Positions 31,113 through 40,956 of a DNA stretch of 64,000 nt are shown here, piece after piece. Position numbers and translations under genes: made by a program. Origin of the DNA: Candidatus Bathyarchaeota archaeon (lineage in GTDB: Archaea; Thermoproteota; Bathyarchaeia; Bathyarchaeales; Bathycorpusculaceae); the NCBI GenBank assembly GCA_963782525.1, contig CAWAKC010000003.1, positions 256,001 through 320,000 on the forward strand, given 5' to 3'. The notes beneath the pieces were generated by a model. That model had not been told where the DNA came from, did not search any database, and saw only the letters and a list, made by a program, of their open reading frames with translations. How positions within the stretch are numbered: position 1 is the first letter of the stretch; each line of letters opens with the position of its first letter.

Positions 31113-31496
31113 TTGATGGGAGTGGTAGGAAGGCGAAAAAATGTAATGAGTCAAATTACAAAAACAGTTGATACCTCAATGGTTCTGCGTACAGTGCCCT
31201 TTGAAAACAGCTTTCAGTTTTGCACCAATGTTGGAGTTTACACAAACGTGGCGGCTACAAGCTTGGTGGATTTTGCTGCAAAATTAGATGTCGTTGATGT
31301 TGTTTCAGTTGAGTTTCATTATCCACGAGGTGACTTCCAGTTTTGGATAACAAAAACTCTTGGAGATGAAGAACTCGGCAACAGAATGTGCCTGATAAAG
31401 AAAGGTTTGCATTGGGAACAACTTAGAGAGGAACTATTAAGGCTTGTTAATGAACGAATAAGCGAACTTACCGGTTCAATTGAGAATGAGAAATAG
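31113..31496 (+). CDS. DUF5752-family protein
   Basis: LRTVP.E.SF.F...G.YT...A.SL.DF...L..V...SVEFH..RGDFQ.WI...LGD.EL. Confidence 0.75.
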   Translation: MMGVVGRRKNVMSQITKTVDTSMVLRTVPFENSFQFCTNVGVYTNVAATSLVDFAAKLDVVDVVSVEFHYPRGDFQFWITKTLGDEELGNRMCLIKKGLHWEQLREELLRLVNERISELTGSIENEK

Positions 31497-31741
31497 AGTG
31501 CCTTGTTTTTAAAATTAATGTGACGTTGCATGATAGGGCTTTTTTTCCAGAATAAGTAAACTTTTGTTTGCAGGTCTGCAACTCGGCGACCGCATGATAA
31601 CCGCACCATAATTCAGGTTCAAATCTCGATGATGTTATTTCCTAGTTGAAAAATTCCCTACTGAATGAAAATTAGAAATAATATATAATGGGCGTGCAGT
31701 TATTTTGGGCAAGTTCGGTGGAGACTTAAACTGTTCAAATG

Positions 31742-32300
31742 AATGACCGCAACCTTACGGTTGCGGTATCTCAAAAAAACTATTGATGCTTAGACTGTTC
31801 TATATAGCGTTTGATTGTTTCAGCGTTAACTTGGCCAATTGAACGATAGAATTTACCCCTAGACCAAAGATGCCCCTTCCAAAGCTTACTCTTAAGCTCA
31901 GGATGCTCCAAAAACAACCTCCTTGCACTGTTACACTTTAAGAGGCAAATCATTTCAGACACCGAACAATCCGGATGCAACCCGACGAAGATATGCACGT
32001 GATCAGCACCAACCTGCAAAGCATACACTTGACAGCCAATTCTAGAAGCAGTCTCCCTCAAAGCCCTCTCGCAACAGCTTTTAATGCCAAGATCCACAAA
32101 TATCCTATGCCTATACTTAGGCACAAGCACAATATGGAACGCACATTGCCCATAGCCATGGCTTAAAGACTCCAAACCCATTTTGTGACACCTCCTAGAC
32201 GGTAGACGCAAACTGCCGTCTAGGAAACCCAAAATAGCAAGTTGGCAAAAAGAGCTTACGGACGATTCATCTGCAGCCTACGGCTGCAGTATTCTCGTCG
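31742..32300 (-). mobile_element. IS200-type element (tnpA only)
   Basis: Subterminal hairpins ACCGCAACC-TTAC-GGTTGCGGT (~31746) and CTGCAGCC-TAC-GGCTGCAG (~32271) flank a Y1 transposase. The exact ends are approximate. Confidence 0.85.
31780..32181 (-). CDS. tnpA: IS200/IS605 family HUH (Y1) transposase
   Basis: HIVLVPKYR, DHVH (HUH), LWSRGKF, catalytic YIEQ, and GGAGGTG RBS before ATG 32181. Confidence 0.92.
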   Translation of the reverse strand: MGLESLSHGYGQCAFHIVLVPKYRHRIFVDLGIKSCCERALRETASRIGCQVYALQVGADHVHIFVGLHPDCSVSEMICLLKCNSARRLFLEHPELKSKLWKGHLWSRGKFYRSIGQVNAETIKRYIEQSKHQ

Positions 32301-32332
32301 AATTTTAATAAATAGATTATAGAGGTTGTTGA

Positions 32333-32896
32333 ATGTCTTTAGAGTCAGGAAAAAATTTAGCAGGCATTGGATCAATTTTACTGGTAATTCCGGTTCCATT
32401 TCTAAGCATTGTAGGCATACTACTAGTCCTCATTGGAATGAAAAACTTGTCGCAGGCGTACAATGACCAAAGCATCTGGAAGAACACTCTCTACGCAGTG
32501 ATCTTTGGAATCATAGGAATAGTCGCTTCTGGATTAACTTTGGTATCGTTGTTTTTCGGCGGGATTTTTTCTGCAGCAACTTTCGGAGTAACTGATGCCA
32601 CAGGCTTAGCAGGATTCTTTGCAGGACTGATCGTATTTCTTTTCATAGCATTCGTATTCTACATACTCGAAGCCATCTATATCAGAAGAGCATTTGATTC
32701 CCTTGCAAACAAATCGGGTGTCGGGCTGTTTAGAACTGGAGGAATGCTGCTGCTCATCGGTGCGATTCTTACAATAGTTATAGTTGGTTTGTTCTTGATC
32801 TTCATCGCTTGGATACTGATACTTGTAGCATTCTTCCAGATTCCCACTGCACAGCAAGCTCAGATGCCACCACCGCCACCACCAATGAACCAATAA
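32333..32896 (+). CDS. DUF996 membrane protein
   Basis: MSLESGKNLAGIGSILL, SGVGLFRTGG.LL.IGAIL, poly-Pro tail. Confidence 0.85.
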   Translation: MSLESGKNLAGIGSILLVIPVPFLSIVGILLVLIGMKNLSQAYNDQSIWKNTLYAVIFGIIGIVASGLTLVSLFFGGIFSAATFGVTDATGLAGFFAGLIVFLFIAFVFYILEAIYIRRAFDSLANKSGVGLFRTGGMLLLIGAILTIVIVGLFLIFIAWILILVAFFQIPTAQQAQMPPPPPPMNQ

Positions 32897-33023
32897 CCTA
32901 AACCCCTTTTTCTTTTTTTAGAATCCAACCTTTTAAATTGAATAACCTTACTCGTTAAGTAACATAGTAGCAGGTAGTTTGGATGTAAAATTTAATGCAG
33001 TTAACCTTTTGATAACCTTTAGA

Positions 33024-33899
33024 TTACATTATAAATTCGCTACTGAGCTTTTGTATTTGGTCAAATAGGACACAGTGCCCTTCATCGGCAAAGATTTCCA
33101 CACGTGTTCCGTTTATGGCGTGCGCGATTTTTTGTGCATTGCTAACTGGACAAGTTTTATCTTGCGCCCCCTGCCACAGGGTCAGCTTCCCCATAGGAAT
33201 CCGCCCTATATTCTCGCTCCAAGGATTCAAAAATAACTGGTGCTCTTGAAAAATTGTTTTCACACTACTCTCTTGCCTAAACCCCTCAGCCATCGCAGCA
33301 TACATCCCTTTTAACCAAGCAACATCCCCAAAGAATTTTCTATCGGGTTTAGGCCAATCCTCAACCATATTTTTGCCACTATTAGACTTCAAGTAGCGAT
33401 CAACGTCCTGATTCGCTTGAATGATTGAATTTCGAAAGAACTTAAGTCCCCATATCGCAAGGAAACGGTTTTTCATGGCGACTTTTGCGAGGAGATTGCC
33501 GTTGTGCGCTTGTGCGGCGTCAAAGGGCAAAGCAGGTGAACCCACAACGACGGCATGAGTTACCTGCTCAGGGAATAACGCAAGGTAAGTTAATGCGAAG
33601 GGTCCGCCTCCTGACCAGCTTAAAATCGCAAAACTACCCAGGTTTAAGTGTTCAATCAGCGCATTGACATCTTTGGCAAAGTCGGGTAGCCCGAGTTTTG
33701 CCTTAAAAGTTGATAAGCCATATCCAGGTCGATCTACACCAATTAGCTGGAACTTGTTTGCACGGACGAATTCTTTCAAGAGAAGAATTTCCAGTCTGCT
33801 ACTTGCGGTGCCGTGAAAGTAGATGACGGGTTTTCCCTCGCCTTCTACTGCGTATCCTAACTGGCGATTATCTGGCAATTTGAGTGTTTGGCTGCTCAT
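33024..33899 (-). CDS. Alpha/beta hydrolase
   Basis: YFHG, DRPGYG, WSGGG nucleophile elbow, WQG..D, EGH. Confidence 0.9.
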   Translation of the reverse strand: MSSQTLKLPDNRQLGYAVEGEGKPVIYFHGTASSRLEILLLKEFVRANKFQLIGVDRPGYGLSTFKAKLGLPDFAKDVNALIEHLNLGSFAILSWSGGGPFALTYLALFPEQVTHAVVVGSPALPFDAAQAHNGNLLAKVAMKNRFLAIWGLKFFRNSIIQANQDVDRYLKSNSGKNMVEDWPKPDRKFFGDVAWLKGMYAAMAEGFRQESSVKTIFQEHQLFLNPWSENIGRIPMGKLTLWQGAQDKTCPVSNAQKIAHAINGTRVEIFADEGHCVLFDQIQKLSSEFIM

Positions 33900-34058
33900 T
33901 CATTCTTGACCTTACGCTTCAGTACAATTATTACGCCAGTATTCAAAATAATCGTTTTCACCCCATCTAATTCCCTATAAAAATTAGCTTAAGGAAATGA
34001 CACACCCCAAAGTATTCTCACGCCATAGTTTTTAGAGAACAAAAAAGAAAAGAATAGT

Positions 34059-34313
34059 TTAGTGTTTTCTCGATTCGATGATTCCGCGACATTTATCAGC
34101 GTATTGACAATATTCTAGGCATGCGGCAGTTTTATCGGGGCGTTTCCATTCGGCGCCGCAGCTTGGGCAGGTGGTTTTGTCTTCGTCTGTCCAGATTTCA
34201 AGGTCGCCTCCACAAACGTGACATTTAATGTAGGCTGGTTTGGGTTGGAGTAAGTCTCGGAGTCCGGGGCAGGTTTCAGGGTTTTTCTGTATGGGTTTGT
34301 CTTTAGAGCTCAA
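34059..34313 (-). CDS. Small Cys-rich Zn-ribbon protein
   Basis: CPG, CHVCG..EIWTDE...CPSCG, CLEYCQYA..C. Confidence 0.75.
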   Translation of the reverse strand: MSSKDKPIQKNPETCPGLRDLLQPKPAYIKCHVCGGDLEIWTDEDKTTCPSCGAEWKRPDKTAACLEYCQYADKCRGIIESRKH

Positions 34314-34935
34314 CTATTTCACCTCCAATCTTAACCTCAAACTCTTTAGTGGGAATTTGTTTACCTGAGCCTTCGAGCGCCTTGTTTACTGCCCATTTCA
34401 AGCCTGTGCAGCAGGGAACTTCCATATGTACAACGGTCACGGAAGCGATGTTGTTTTGTTGGAAAATCTCGGTTAGTTTTTGGGCGTATGCACGGGCATC
34501 GTTGAATTTAGGGCAGCCAATGATGACTCGTTTTCCAACCGTTAAGTCGTGGAAGTTTTTTAAAGCAACTGGAGCACAGTCAGCAGCGAAGAGAAGGTCA
34601 GCATTTTCAAAGAAGGGTGCCTTTGGTGGGACTAGATCAAGTTTTATGGGCCACTGGGGCTTCTGGGGTGATGTGGTGGTTGGGATTATGGGTGCCTTGC
34701 TTTTTTGGTGTTCATGGACTTCGGTTTCGCTAAAAGCTGGGGCTTCTCGTTCTGTTATCGTAATTGCACCTTGCGGGCACTGACCTAGACATGCGCCGAG
34801 TCCGTCGCAGTAGGTTTCCTTGATTATTTTTGCTTTGCCGTTAACGATTTGGAGTGCGCCTTCTGCACATTTCGGGATGCATGCTCCGCATCCGTTGCAG
34901 AGGTTTTCGTTTATGTTTACTATTTTTCTTTTCAT
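34303..34935 (-). CDS. 4Fe-4S dicluster protein
   Basis: CNGCGACIPKC, CDGLGACLGQCP, QWPIKL, AADC, GCPK, MEVPCC. Confidence 0.9.
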   Translation of the reverse strand: MKRKIVNINENLCNGCGACIPKCAEGALQIVNGKAKIIKETYCDGLGACLGQCPQGAITITEREAPAFSETEVHEHQKSKAPIIPTTTSPQKPQWPIKLDLVPPKAPFFENADLLFAADCAPVALKNFHDLTVGKRVIIGCPKFNDARAYAQKLTEIFQQNNIASVTVVHMEVPCCTGLKWAVNKALEGSGKQIPTKEFEVKIGGEIVEL

Positions 34936-34936
34936 G

Positions 34937-35281
34937 TTAGTTTTCCTCTTTTAGGCATTTTCCGCCTGTGGGGCAGAATTTTTGGGCGTGAGTTTGGATG
35001 GCTTCAAAGATGGGCTGGAGGATTTTTTGGTTGGCTGTGTAGATGTGTTTTTTGCCTTGTTTTTGGATGGTGATGAGGTTGCATTCGAGGAGGGGTTTGA
35101 GGTTGTGGGATATCATGCTTTGTTCTTGTCCCAGAGCTGTGGCGAGTTCGTTAACGCTTTGGGGTTTTTCCATCAGTTGTTCGATGGCGGCGAGTCTGGT
35201 GGGGTTTGCTAGGTTAGTGAAGAAGCGGTAGCAGATTTTTGTTAGTCCTTTTTTCATTTGTTTCCATCTTCGCATGAACAA
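34937..35281 (-). CDS. ArsR/SmtB family transcriptional regulator
   Basis: LANPTRLAAI, SVNELA, QSMISHNLKPL, and a Cys/His tail. Confidence 0.9.
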   Translation of the reverse strand: MFMRRWKQMKKGLTKICYRFFTNLANPTRLAAIEQLMEKPQSVNELATALGQEQSMISHNLKPLLECNLITIQKQGKKHIYTANQKILQPIFEAIQTHAQKFCPTGGKCLKEEN

Positions 35282-35638
35282 TTACTCATATGAATATTTA
35301 TTCATATAAAGTTAATGGCTCACCAACACCAAAATCCACTCCCACAAGTGCAAAAACTGTTAAAGGGTTACTCTCCTATGATCCACAACCAAGCACATTC
35401 AACATACCTCAACACTGCACCCACACAACCCAAAATAGCATCCACGATAACAGTGTGGACCAACCCATCTCCCCCACTCAAACCACAAAAGAGAAACAGC
35501 CCAAACCAAAAACCGAACAAACCCAAACCCCCAAGTGCAGTATACAATTATTAGCCCACCCCACCCACACAAAACAAAAAAGAGTCAAAACTTCTTAACA
35601 CATTAACTCAATTTTGAAATAACTGTTAAAAATAGTTC

Positions 35639-35803
35639 TTAGAGCTCGTACCTACCCAAATCATCTTGTGCCTGCGAACCACACCGCGGGGTAACAAAAT
35701 AAAAAATTTTTCCACACTTCGAGCAGCGACACTCCTGATTCCTCGTCCGCTCAACTGAAGATGAACCACATTTTGGACAATGAATTTCAACGTTAGATGC
35801 CAT
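35639..35803 (-). CDS. Small Zn-ribbon protein (54 aa, not in ORF track)
   Basis: MASNVEIHCPKCGSSSVERTRNQECRCSKCGKIFYFVTPRCG... Confidence 0.65.
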   Translation of the reverse strand: MASNVEIHCPKCGSSSVERTRNQECRCSKCGKIFYFVTPRCGSQAQDDLGRYEL

Positions 35804-36036
35804 TCTTTTCCCATTTATGCTTGAACGGGTTTGCTATTAAATTTATCGTCAGAGCAATGTATTTGAGTGCCGATGTTTTCTATTGCTTGCTAAGGTTGAA
35901 AGATTTGTCTAAAAAAGCGAAGAAAGCCGAAGGTTTAGAACAGCACAAGAAAATGGTACGGGAAAAAGAACAGAAACGCAAAGAAAGAAAACAAGTTGCC
36001 CTTCCAGCTAAACATCAGGGCAAAGGCAAAAAATAG
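35797..36036 (+). CDS. Small basic hypothetical protein
   Basis: Lys/Arg-rich C-terminal half. The true start is probably the TTG at ~35905. Confidence 0.45.
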   Translation: MPFFSHLCLNGFAIKFIVRAMYLSADVFYCLLRLKDLSKKAKKAEGLEQHKKMVREKEQKRKERKQVALPAKHQGKGKK

Positions 36037-36085
36037 CCTTGCCATCACACACGGTTTATCTCAAATCCACTTTTTACTTCCCAAT

Positions 36086-37966
36086 TCAAGTAGACTTATT
36101 TTTATTCATTGATTTTTTTTGACTCTTGAAATGGAGTACCAAACCGGTTCCAGCTAAACCAGCAAATACAATTGCGGTCCAAAGCCACCATTGCATCCAA
36201 AGCGGCTGCCCTATCTGTTCAGCGGTGTTGCTGATTTGGAGTTGGTCGATTTCAGTCATTGAATCGTGCCCTATGTAGATGTCAGTTGGTTTAAGTATTG
36301 GTCCTGTGGGGTTGACTGTTCCAGCGGCAATTGTAACGGCTTGTTCTTTTCCATCAACGTAGATGTGCATTCCCGATGTTGTGCTTCTTACAAAAACTAC
36401 GTGAACCCACGTGTTAAGTGGAAGTGAATCTTTTGTATCTATCTCGTTAAGTCCACTCGAAGTTGCCACATATGCGCGGAGAGCGCCCACTGGTGGGGAG
36501 CTCGCATTGCTGGGAGCTTCACCGTTAACTGCCACTCCAAGAGTTCTTACTGGATAAATAGTCGTTGAAGTTCGAACAGCTTCAATGAGGATGTTGTTGT
36601 AGGATACGTTTTTGATTTCTGGCACGTTCACCCAGGCGTCAATGGTTACGTCGTTTGGAGTTTCAAGAGTTGGTGAAGTGTTGACCGCGGCGAAGGTGTT
36701 TCCGTCGAAGCGAAATGCATTGCCAAATTTGCCTGTGACCACTGCAGGAGTGTAGTTGTAAACTTTTGTCATCGAGCCCAAAACGGCTGGGTTGTTACCT
36801 GTTTGGTCCGGAGTTGCGAGACCTGCGTCAACGCTATCAAATGACCATGATGCTACAATGCTGTCGGGTTTGGGGCTTGAAGCGGTAACGGTTGGCAGGT
36901 CGCCGGGGCTTGAGATATTGAACGGCTGGGTTAATGGGTAATTATCCTGGTTGCTATTGTTAATTACGTAAGGTGAGGTTTGGTAGTCACTCCAAAAGTT
37001 TCCGCCGCCAACAGAGCTGTTATCCCAAACCTCGATTAAACCTGAAGAATTATCGAACGCGTTACAATAATTGTCGGCAAAGTTGTTGTGGAATATTCTG
37101 TTTCCCATTGGACCCGTCAACTGCAGCGTGACGTAGACGCCGTATTTGTTGCCTGCAAAGTTGTTTTCTGCGATTGCGTTTTGGGAGCCGTCAAGGAAGA
37201 TCCCTGATTCCTGGTTGGATTGGATGTTGTTGCCGAATATTACCGAGTACGAGGCGCCTAAACCTATTCCTCGGAAGTTATTTGTGATGGAATTGTTTGT
37301 GATTGTGTTTAAGTAGCCGTTAATTGCGATGCCTGACACGGCGTTGCCTGTGATGTTGTTACCTGAAATGGTGTTTTGGGAGCTGCCGTAGAGGCGAATT
37401 CCGTCTTTGATGTTTCCCGTTATCGTGTTTTGGGTGATTGTTGTTGACGTTGGGGTTGAGCCCCAGAGACCAATGTAAGTGTTCTCGATAGTGTTGTTGG
37501 ATATTGTGCAGTTGTCTCCTTCAGCCCAAATGCCGTAAGCGTACTGAGATGTATTTGAGTAGCTTTGGCTCGTAATCGTGAATCCCGAAACTTTCACGAC
37601 GTCGGCTTCCAACGTAAGAACCGCATTTGGGGTTGAGCCACCAGTTCCCACAATTACCGTATCCGCTTGGTTCTGTCCCTGCAGTGTTAACGGCTTGTCT
37701 ATCTGGACATTTTCGTTGTATACGCCGCTTTGCACAAGGATGGTGTCGCCTGATGACGCATGACTGATTGCATCGCTGATAGTTGGATAATCTTGCGGAA
37801 CCACAATTGTTTCTGATGCATGGCTGGACCGTACACCAAACATCAAGATTGCTGAAAACAAGATTACCGTTAAGGTTAGAGTTGTTAGGATTACTCTTTT
37901 TTTCGGAACAAACATCCGACTGAATTGAACTTTCATTTCAACTTCCCGTGAGGGTAATGATGCCAC
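36086..37966 (-). CDS. Cell-surface right-handed beta-helix (NosD-like) plus LamG/ConA domain protein
   Basis: IVVPQDYPTISDAI, N.I..N repeats, GGGNFWSDY, DNYPL, LamG WSFD...WVHVVF...IYVDG, C-terminal TM. Confidence 0.85.
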   Translation of the reverse strand: MASLPSREVEMKVQFSRMFVPKKRVILTTLTLTVILFSAILMFGVRSSHASETIVVPQDYPTISDAISHASSGDTILVQSGVYNENVQIDKPLTLQGQNQADTVIVGTGGSTPNAVLTLEADVVKVSGFTITSQSYSNTSQYAYGIWAEGDNCTISNNTIENTYIGLWGSTPTSTTITQNTITGNIKDGIRLYGSSQNTISGNNITGNAVSGIAINGYLNTITNNSITNNFRGIGLGASYSVIFGNNIQSNQESGIFLDGSQNAIAENNFAGNKYGVYVTLQLTGPMGNRIFHNNFADNYCNAFDNSSGLIEVWDNSSVGGGNFWSDYQTSPYVINNSNQDNYPLTQPFNISSPGDLPTVTASSPKPDSIVASWSFDSVDAGLATPDQTGNNPAVLGSMTKVYNYTPAVVTGKFGNAFRFDGNTFAAVNTSPTLETPNDVTIDAWVNVPEIKNVSYNNILIEAVRTSTTIYPVRTLGVAVNGEAPSNASSPPVGALRAYVATSSGLNEIDTKDSLPLNTWVHVVFVRSTTSGMHIYVDGKEQAVTIAAGTVNPTGPILKPTDIYIGHDSMTEIDQLQISNTAEQIGQPLWMQWWLWTAIVFAGLAGTGLVLHFKSQKKSMNKNKST

Positions 37967-38092
37967 TTAGATATTACTCTCCCCAAAGAACACCCTGTTC
38001 TCCGAGCGGAACAGAGAATTGCAGACGGACTTAAATGGAAAACTCTTGATTACTTTAAAGAATAGAAAACTGGGGATTTTTTCCCCAACTAA

Positions 38093-38596
38093 TTATCGCC
38101 GTATTGCTGCCCGCATTAGCAAGGTGTAGTTTGTGTTGTCTGTTTGCAGTTTAGCGCCGATGCGAACGACGTAGAGGTTTCCGCCCATCCAGAAGTAGCG
38201 GCCAGCCAGTTTGAAGGTCATGGTTTGTCCGTCAGGACTTGTTCCCTGCGCCTGTAGAAGGATAGCGTGTCTTCCTGTTAATACTCCGCCGTTTCCGCTT
38301 GTAACAGTGTAAGTGACGCCGTTTACCTCAACTGATCCCCCGGTTACATCGAATAGTTTAGCTGAACCGTTGGTGCCTGTTGGAACCAAAGTGAGGGTGA
38401 GGTTTGCAGGGTATTTTTTGATGGTTGAGCTGTCTATAGATTGGTAGGCGTATCCTTGGGCTTTGAAGGTTTTTGCGTTGGCGATTGGGTTAGCTGAGGT
38501 TTGAGCACTTACATAAGGAACTGTGATGGCAAGAACAATGGCGATTGCGACTATTGATGTGATTAGGATTTTGCTTTTTCTGCTTAGTTTGTTCAT
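38093..38596 (-). CDS. Secreted hypothetical protein
   Basis: Signal peptide and beta-rich domain. Confidence 0.7.
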   Translation of the reverse strand: MNKLSRKSKILITSIVAIAIVLAITVPYVSAQTSANPIANAKTFKAQGYAYQSIDSSTIKKYPANLTLTLVPTGTNGSAKLFDVTGGSVEVNGVTYTVTSGNGGVLTGRHAILLQAQGTSPDGQTMTFKLAGRYFWMGGNLYVVRIGAKLQTDNTNYTLLMRAAIRR

Positions 38597-38669
38597 TTTT
38601 TCACCTCGGCTTATCTTTCATCTATGGTTTCTTTGGCGTGCTCTTTAAAAAGAAAGCCGCACTTTTGAT

Positions 38670-38686
38670 ATGCACCACAAATGAAC
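38670..38686. promoter_or_regulatory. Operator ATGCAC-CACAA-(A/G)TGAAC, copy 1
   Basis: 17-bp near-identical repeat of 39094-39110, upstream of 38596. Confidence 0.6.
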
Positions 38687-38687
38687 A

Positions 38688-39050
38688 CTAAGCAGCCTTG
38701 GCAGGTTTGGTCTCGTCTAGTTTTTCCGTTAACATTTGTTCTTCCATATGCAAAAGTAAGCCTACTCGCCGTTCCCACCTGTTAAAGAAGCGGTATTGAG
38801 AGTACATGGCGTAGATGCTGTACGCTAAAAATGCGCCAGCGAAAATCAGCAGAACAAAATCCAACAAGCCTAAACCTAAATGCCTTATGCGAAGTATCAG
38901 CCAAACAACGAGTAGAAACAGGAATCCAGAAGAAACAAGGCTTATTAGAGTGCCGTTTCTAAATTTTGTCCATTCCTTGTCGAGTTCAAATAGAAAGTCA
39001 TGCAGAGATTTGACTGGGTACTGTTTGTCTTCATGGGATTCTTGAGTCAT
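38688..39050 (-). CDS. Two-TM membrane protein
   Basis: Two TM helices and the W..R..LL..EE tail. Confidence 0.7.
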   Translation of the reverse strand: MTQESHEDKQYPVKSLHDFLFELDKEWTKFRNGTLISLVSSGFLFLLVVWLILRIRHLGLGLLDFVLLIFAGAFLAYSIYAMYSQYRFFNRWERRVGLLLHMEEQMLTEKLDETKPAKAA

Positions 39051-39093
39051 TGGTCTTCCTCATTTATTGAGATTGTTTTTGGTTTTATACTTG

Positions 39094-39110
39094 ATGCACC
39101 ACAAGTGAAC
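39094..39110. promoter_or_regulatory. Operator ATGCAC-CACAA-GTGAAC, copy 2
   Basis: Lies 4 bp upstream of a minus-strand TATAAAA box of gene 39050. Confidence 0.6.
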
Positions 39111-39119
39111 TTTACCCCC

Positions 39120-39377
39120 TTAGAGTATTGAGGGCAGGGACTTGCGAAGTTCAATATACAACGCCCTTCCCTGCTCAGTTAACATACAGTAGCCTTCAGG
39201 GGTTTCTTTGATGAGTTGCTTTTCCTTCAAAAACGCCAGATGCTTAAGAAAGTCATCGTAGGAGACGTTAGTGGATTTGCGCCAAATCACTGTTCTTAAC
39301 TGGTTCTTTGAGTTAAAGAACAGGTACTCCAAGATTTCAAACCTTATTTGAACGGCGCTTTTACGGATTTTCCCCAT
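39120..39377 (-). CDS. Winged helix-turn-helix regulator
   Basis: RKS..QI..EIL...T.I....NVSY..F.KHL..L....LI......Y.LTE.G. Confidence 0.8.
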   Translation of the reverse strand: MGKIRKSAVQIRFEILEYLFFNSKNQLRTVIWRKSTNVSYDDFLKHLAFLKEKQLIKETPEGYCMLTEQGRALYIELRKSLPSIL

Positions 39378-39795
39378 TCCAACGATGCACCAGTATATGT
39401 GGTATTATGTGATAGTGAAGACCCTTATAATAAGGCACTTTTCGCCGAGTTCCTTGGTCAAAAAGTGATTTTTTTTAATCTTTGCAAAAAAGTGACAAGT
39501 GGGGTCTGTCAAATTTCGTTCTTCATCTTTCCCAATCAGACTGGGACGGCGACATCATTCCCCGTTGTTAGAACAGCATCCCAGTCTATTAAAGGGCTTT
39601 TGTGAAGGTGAAGAAAATAAGCATCCCAAATTTAATGCTTTGGATGATGAAAAAAGCTTATGAAAAATCAACCATAAAGCAAACAGCAAAGTTACTAAAA
39701 ACACTTAGAATGAAATTATAACATAACCGACCAGAATTACTCTATTATCTGCAAAAGAGTAATCAGAAAGCCGTTTTCTTATCACCCTAAGACCA

Positions 39796-40215
39796 CTATT
39801 TGATAATCTCTTTTTCAAAAAGATCGGCTGTCGATTCTTTCAAAATATAGGAACAAATGTTGTTTTTTTCACAAATTAATTCTGCTACACTTTTGTCAGT
39901 ATTGGATTTCTGTATACAGAGGCGATAATAGAGCGGATCTGGTCCATCGAAGATGTGTAGAAACATCTTGTACTCCCAGTTATCTCCAATAGGAAACCTG
40001 ACTTCTGGAAATTTATTATCAAGCGCTGCGTCCTTTAGATATAGAAGTGCCCTTTCTATCGTGGTGGACGATCCCTTCAGATCTCGGAGTATTACTTCCT
40101 TTGCTGGCGTCGTTACGTTTTCTCTCGTATCCCAGTAAATAACACAATCTGTAATTGAAAATTTGGCCATTTTTATCAAGTTTAGTCTGTAAGTTTTGCA
40201 TATAAATTTTGGCAC
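39796..40215 (-). CDS. Hypothetical protein
   Basis: Long ORF with plausible composition and no recognised motif. Confidence 0.45.
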   Translation of the reverse strand: MPKFICKTYRLNLIKMAKFSITDCVIYWDTRENVTTPAKEVILRDLKGSSTTIERALLYLKDAALDNKFPEVRFPIGDNWEYKMFLHIFDGPDPLYYRLCIQKSNTDKSVAELICEKNNICSYILKESTADLFEKEIIK

Positions 40216-40323
40216 AATAAACGTCTAAGCTGCCGGAAAAAACTTTGGGTAGAGAGTCACCGCCTAAAGCGCCTCCTCGCACCCAAGCACTATGTTTTGC
40301 ATTATGTAATAAGGGGCTGAAAG

Positions 40324-40794
40324 CTACCAAGCTCCTTCTGTTCCCAAAATTTCAAAGTAGCCCGTTCCCGAGAAAGGGGGGTTATATTCGAATGTCCTTT
40401 GCAGCGAGTTGTGGGTGCCATTGTTCGTGAGGATATAGCTGTCGGGATTTTGCAGGTAATATTTCCAGACAAGCGAGATGTTTCCCCAAAGCAGGTCGGT
40501 TGGAATGGTAATGTTGTAGGAGATGGTTTTTTTGCTTCCCCCAAGGAAATAAAGCTCTATAGCATGCGGAATATCAGATGAATTGATTAGGGAGACTGTT
40601 GGCGCACGCTCTTCATTCCAGTTGGTTTCCACGGTCACAATGTAGGTTTTCTCTTTAACTGAAAGGGGATAAGTGAACAAGTTGGTTTCTCTTTCTTGAA
40701 CTACTTCTAAACCCGCCAATAATATTCCAGTTAACAGGGAAATAATAACAAGCGATATTGCAGCAGCTACTATGATTTTTCTCTTCACAGCCAT
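40324..40794 (-). CDS. Membrane-anchored hypothetical protein
   Basis: N-terminal TM and beta-rich extracellular domain (YNITIP..LL.G). Confidence 0.65.
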   Translation of the reverse strand: MAVKRKIIVAAAISLVIISLLTGILLAGLEVVQERETNLFTYPLSVKEKTYIVTVETNWNEERAPTVSLINSSDIPHAIELYFLGGSKKTISYNITIPTDLLWGNISLVWKYYLQNPDSYILTNNGTHNSLQRTFEYNPPFSGTGYFEILGTEGAW

Positions 40795-40956
40795 CAGAAA
40801 ATTACTGGTTGAGCCGGCATATAATTCTTCTCAATTACTGAGCTATTTGGTTATAGATAAATTAGAACAAGGAAATGATATCGCTCCCGACTCTACCTTC
40901 TTCGACTTGGTGTAGAATTCACTAACCGCCTCTAAGGAATGGGTCCATAGAGGATT

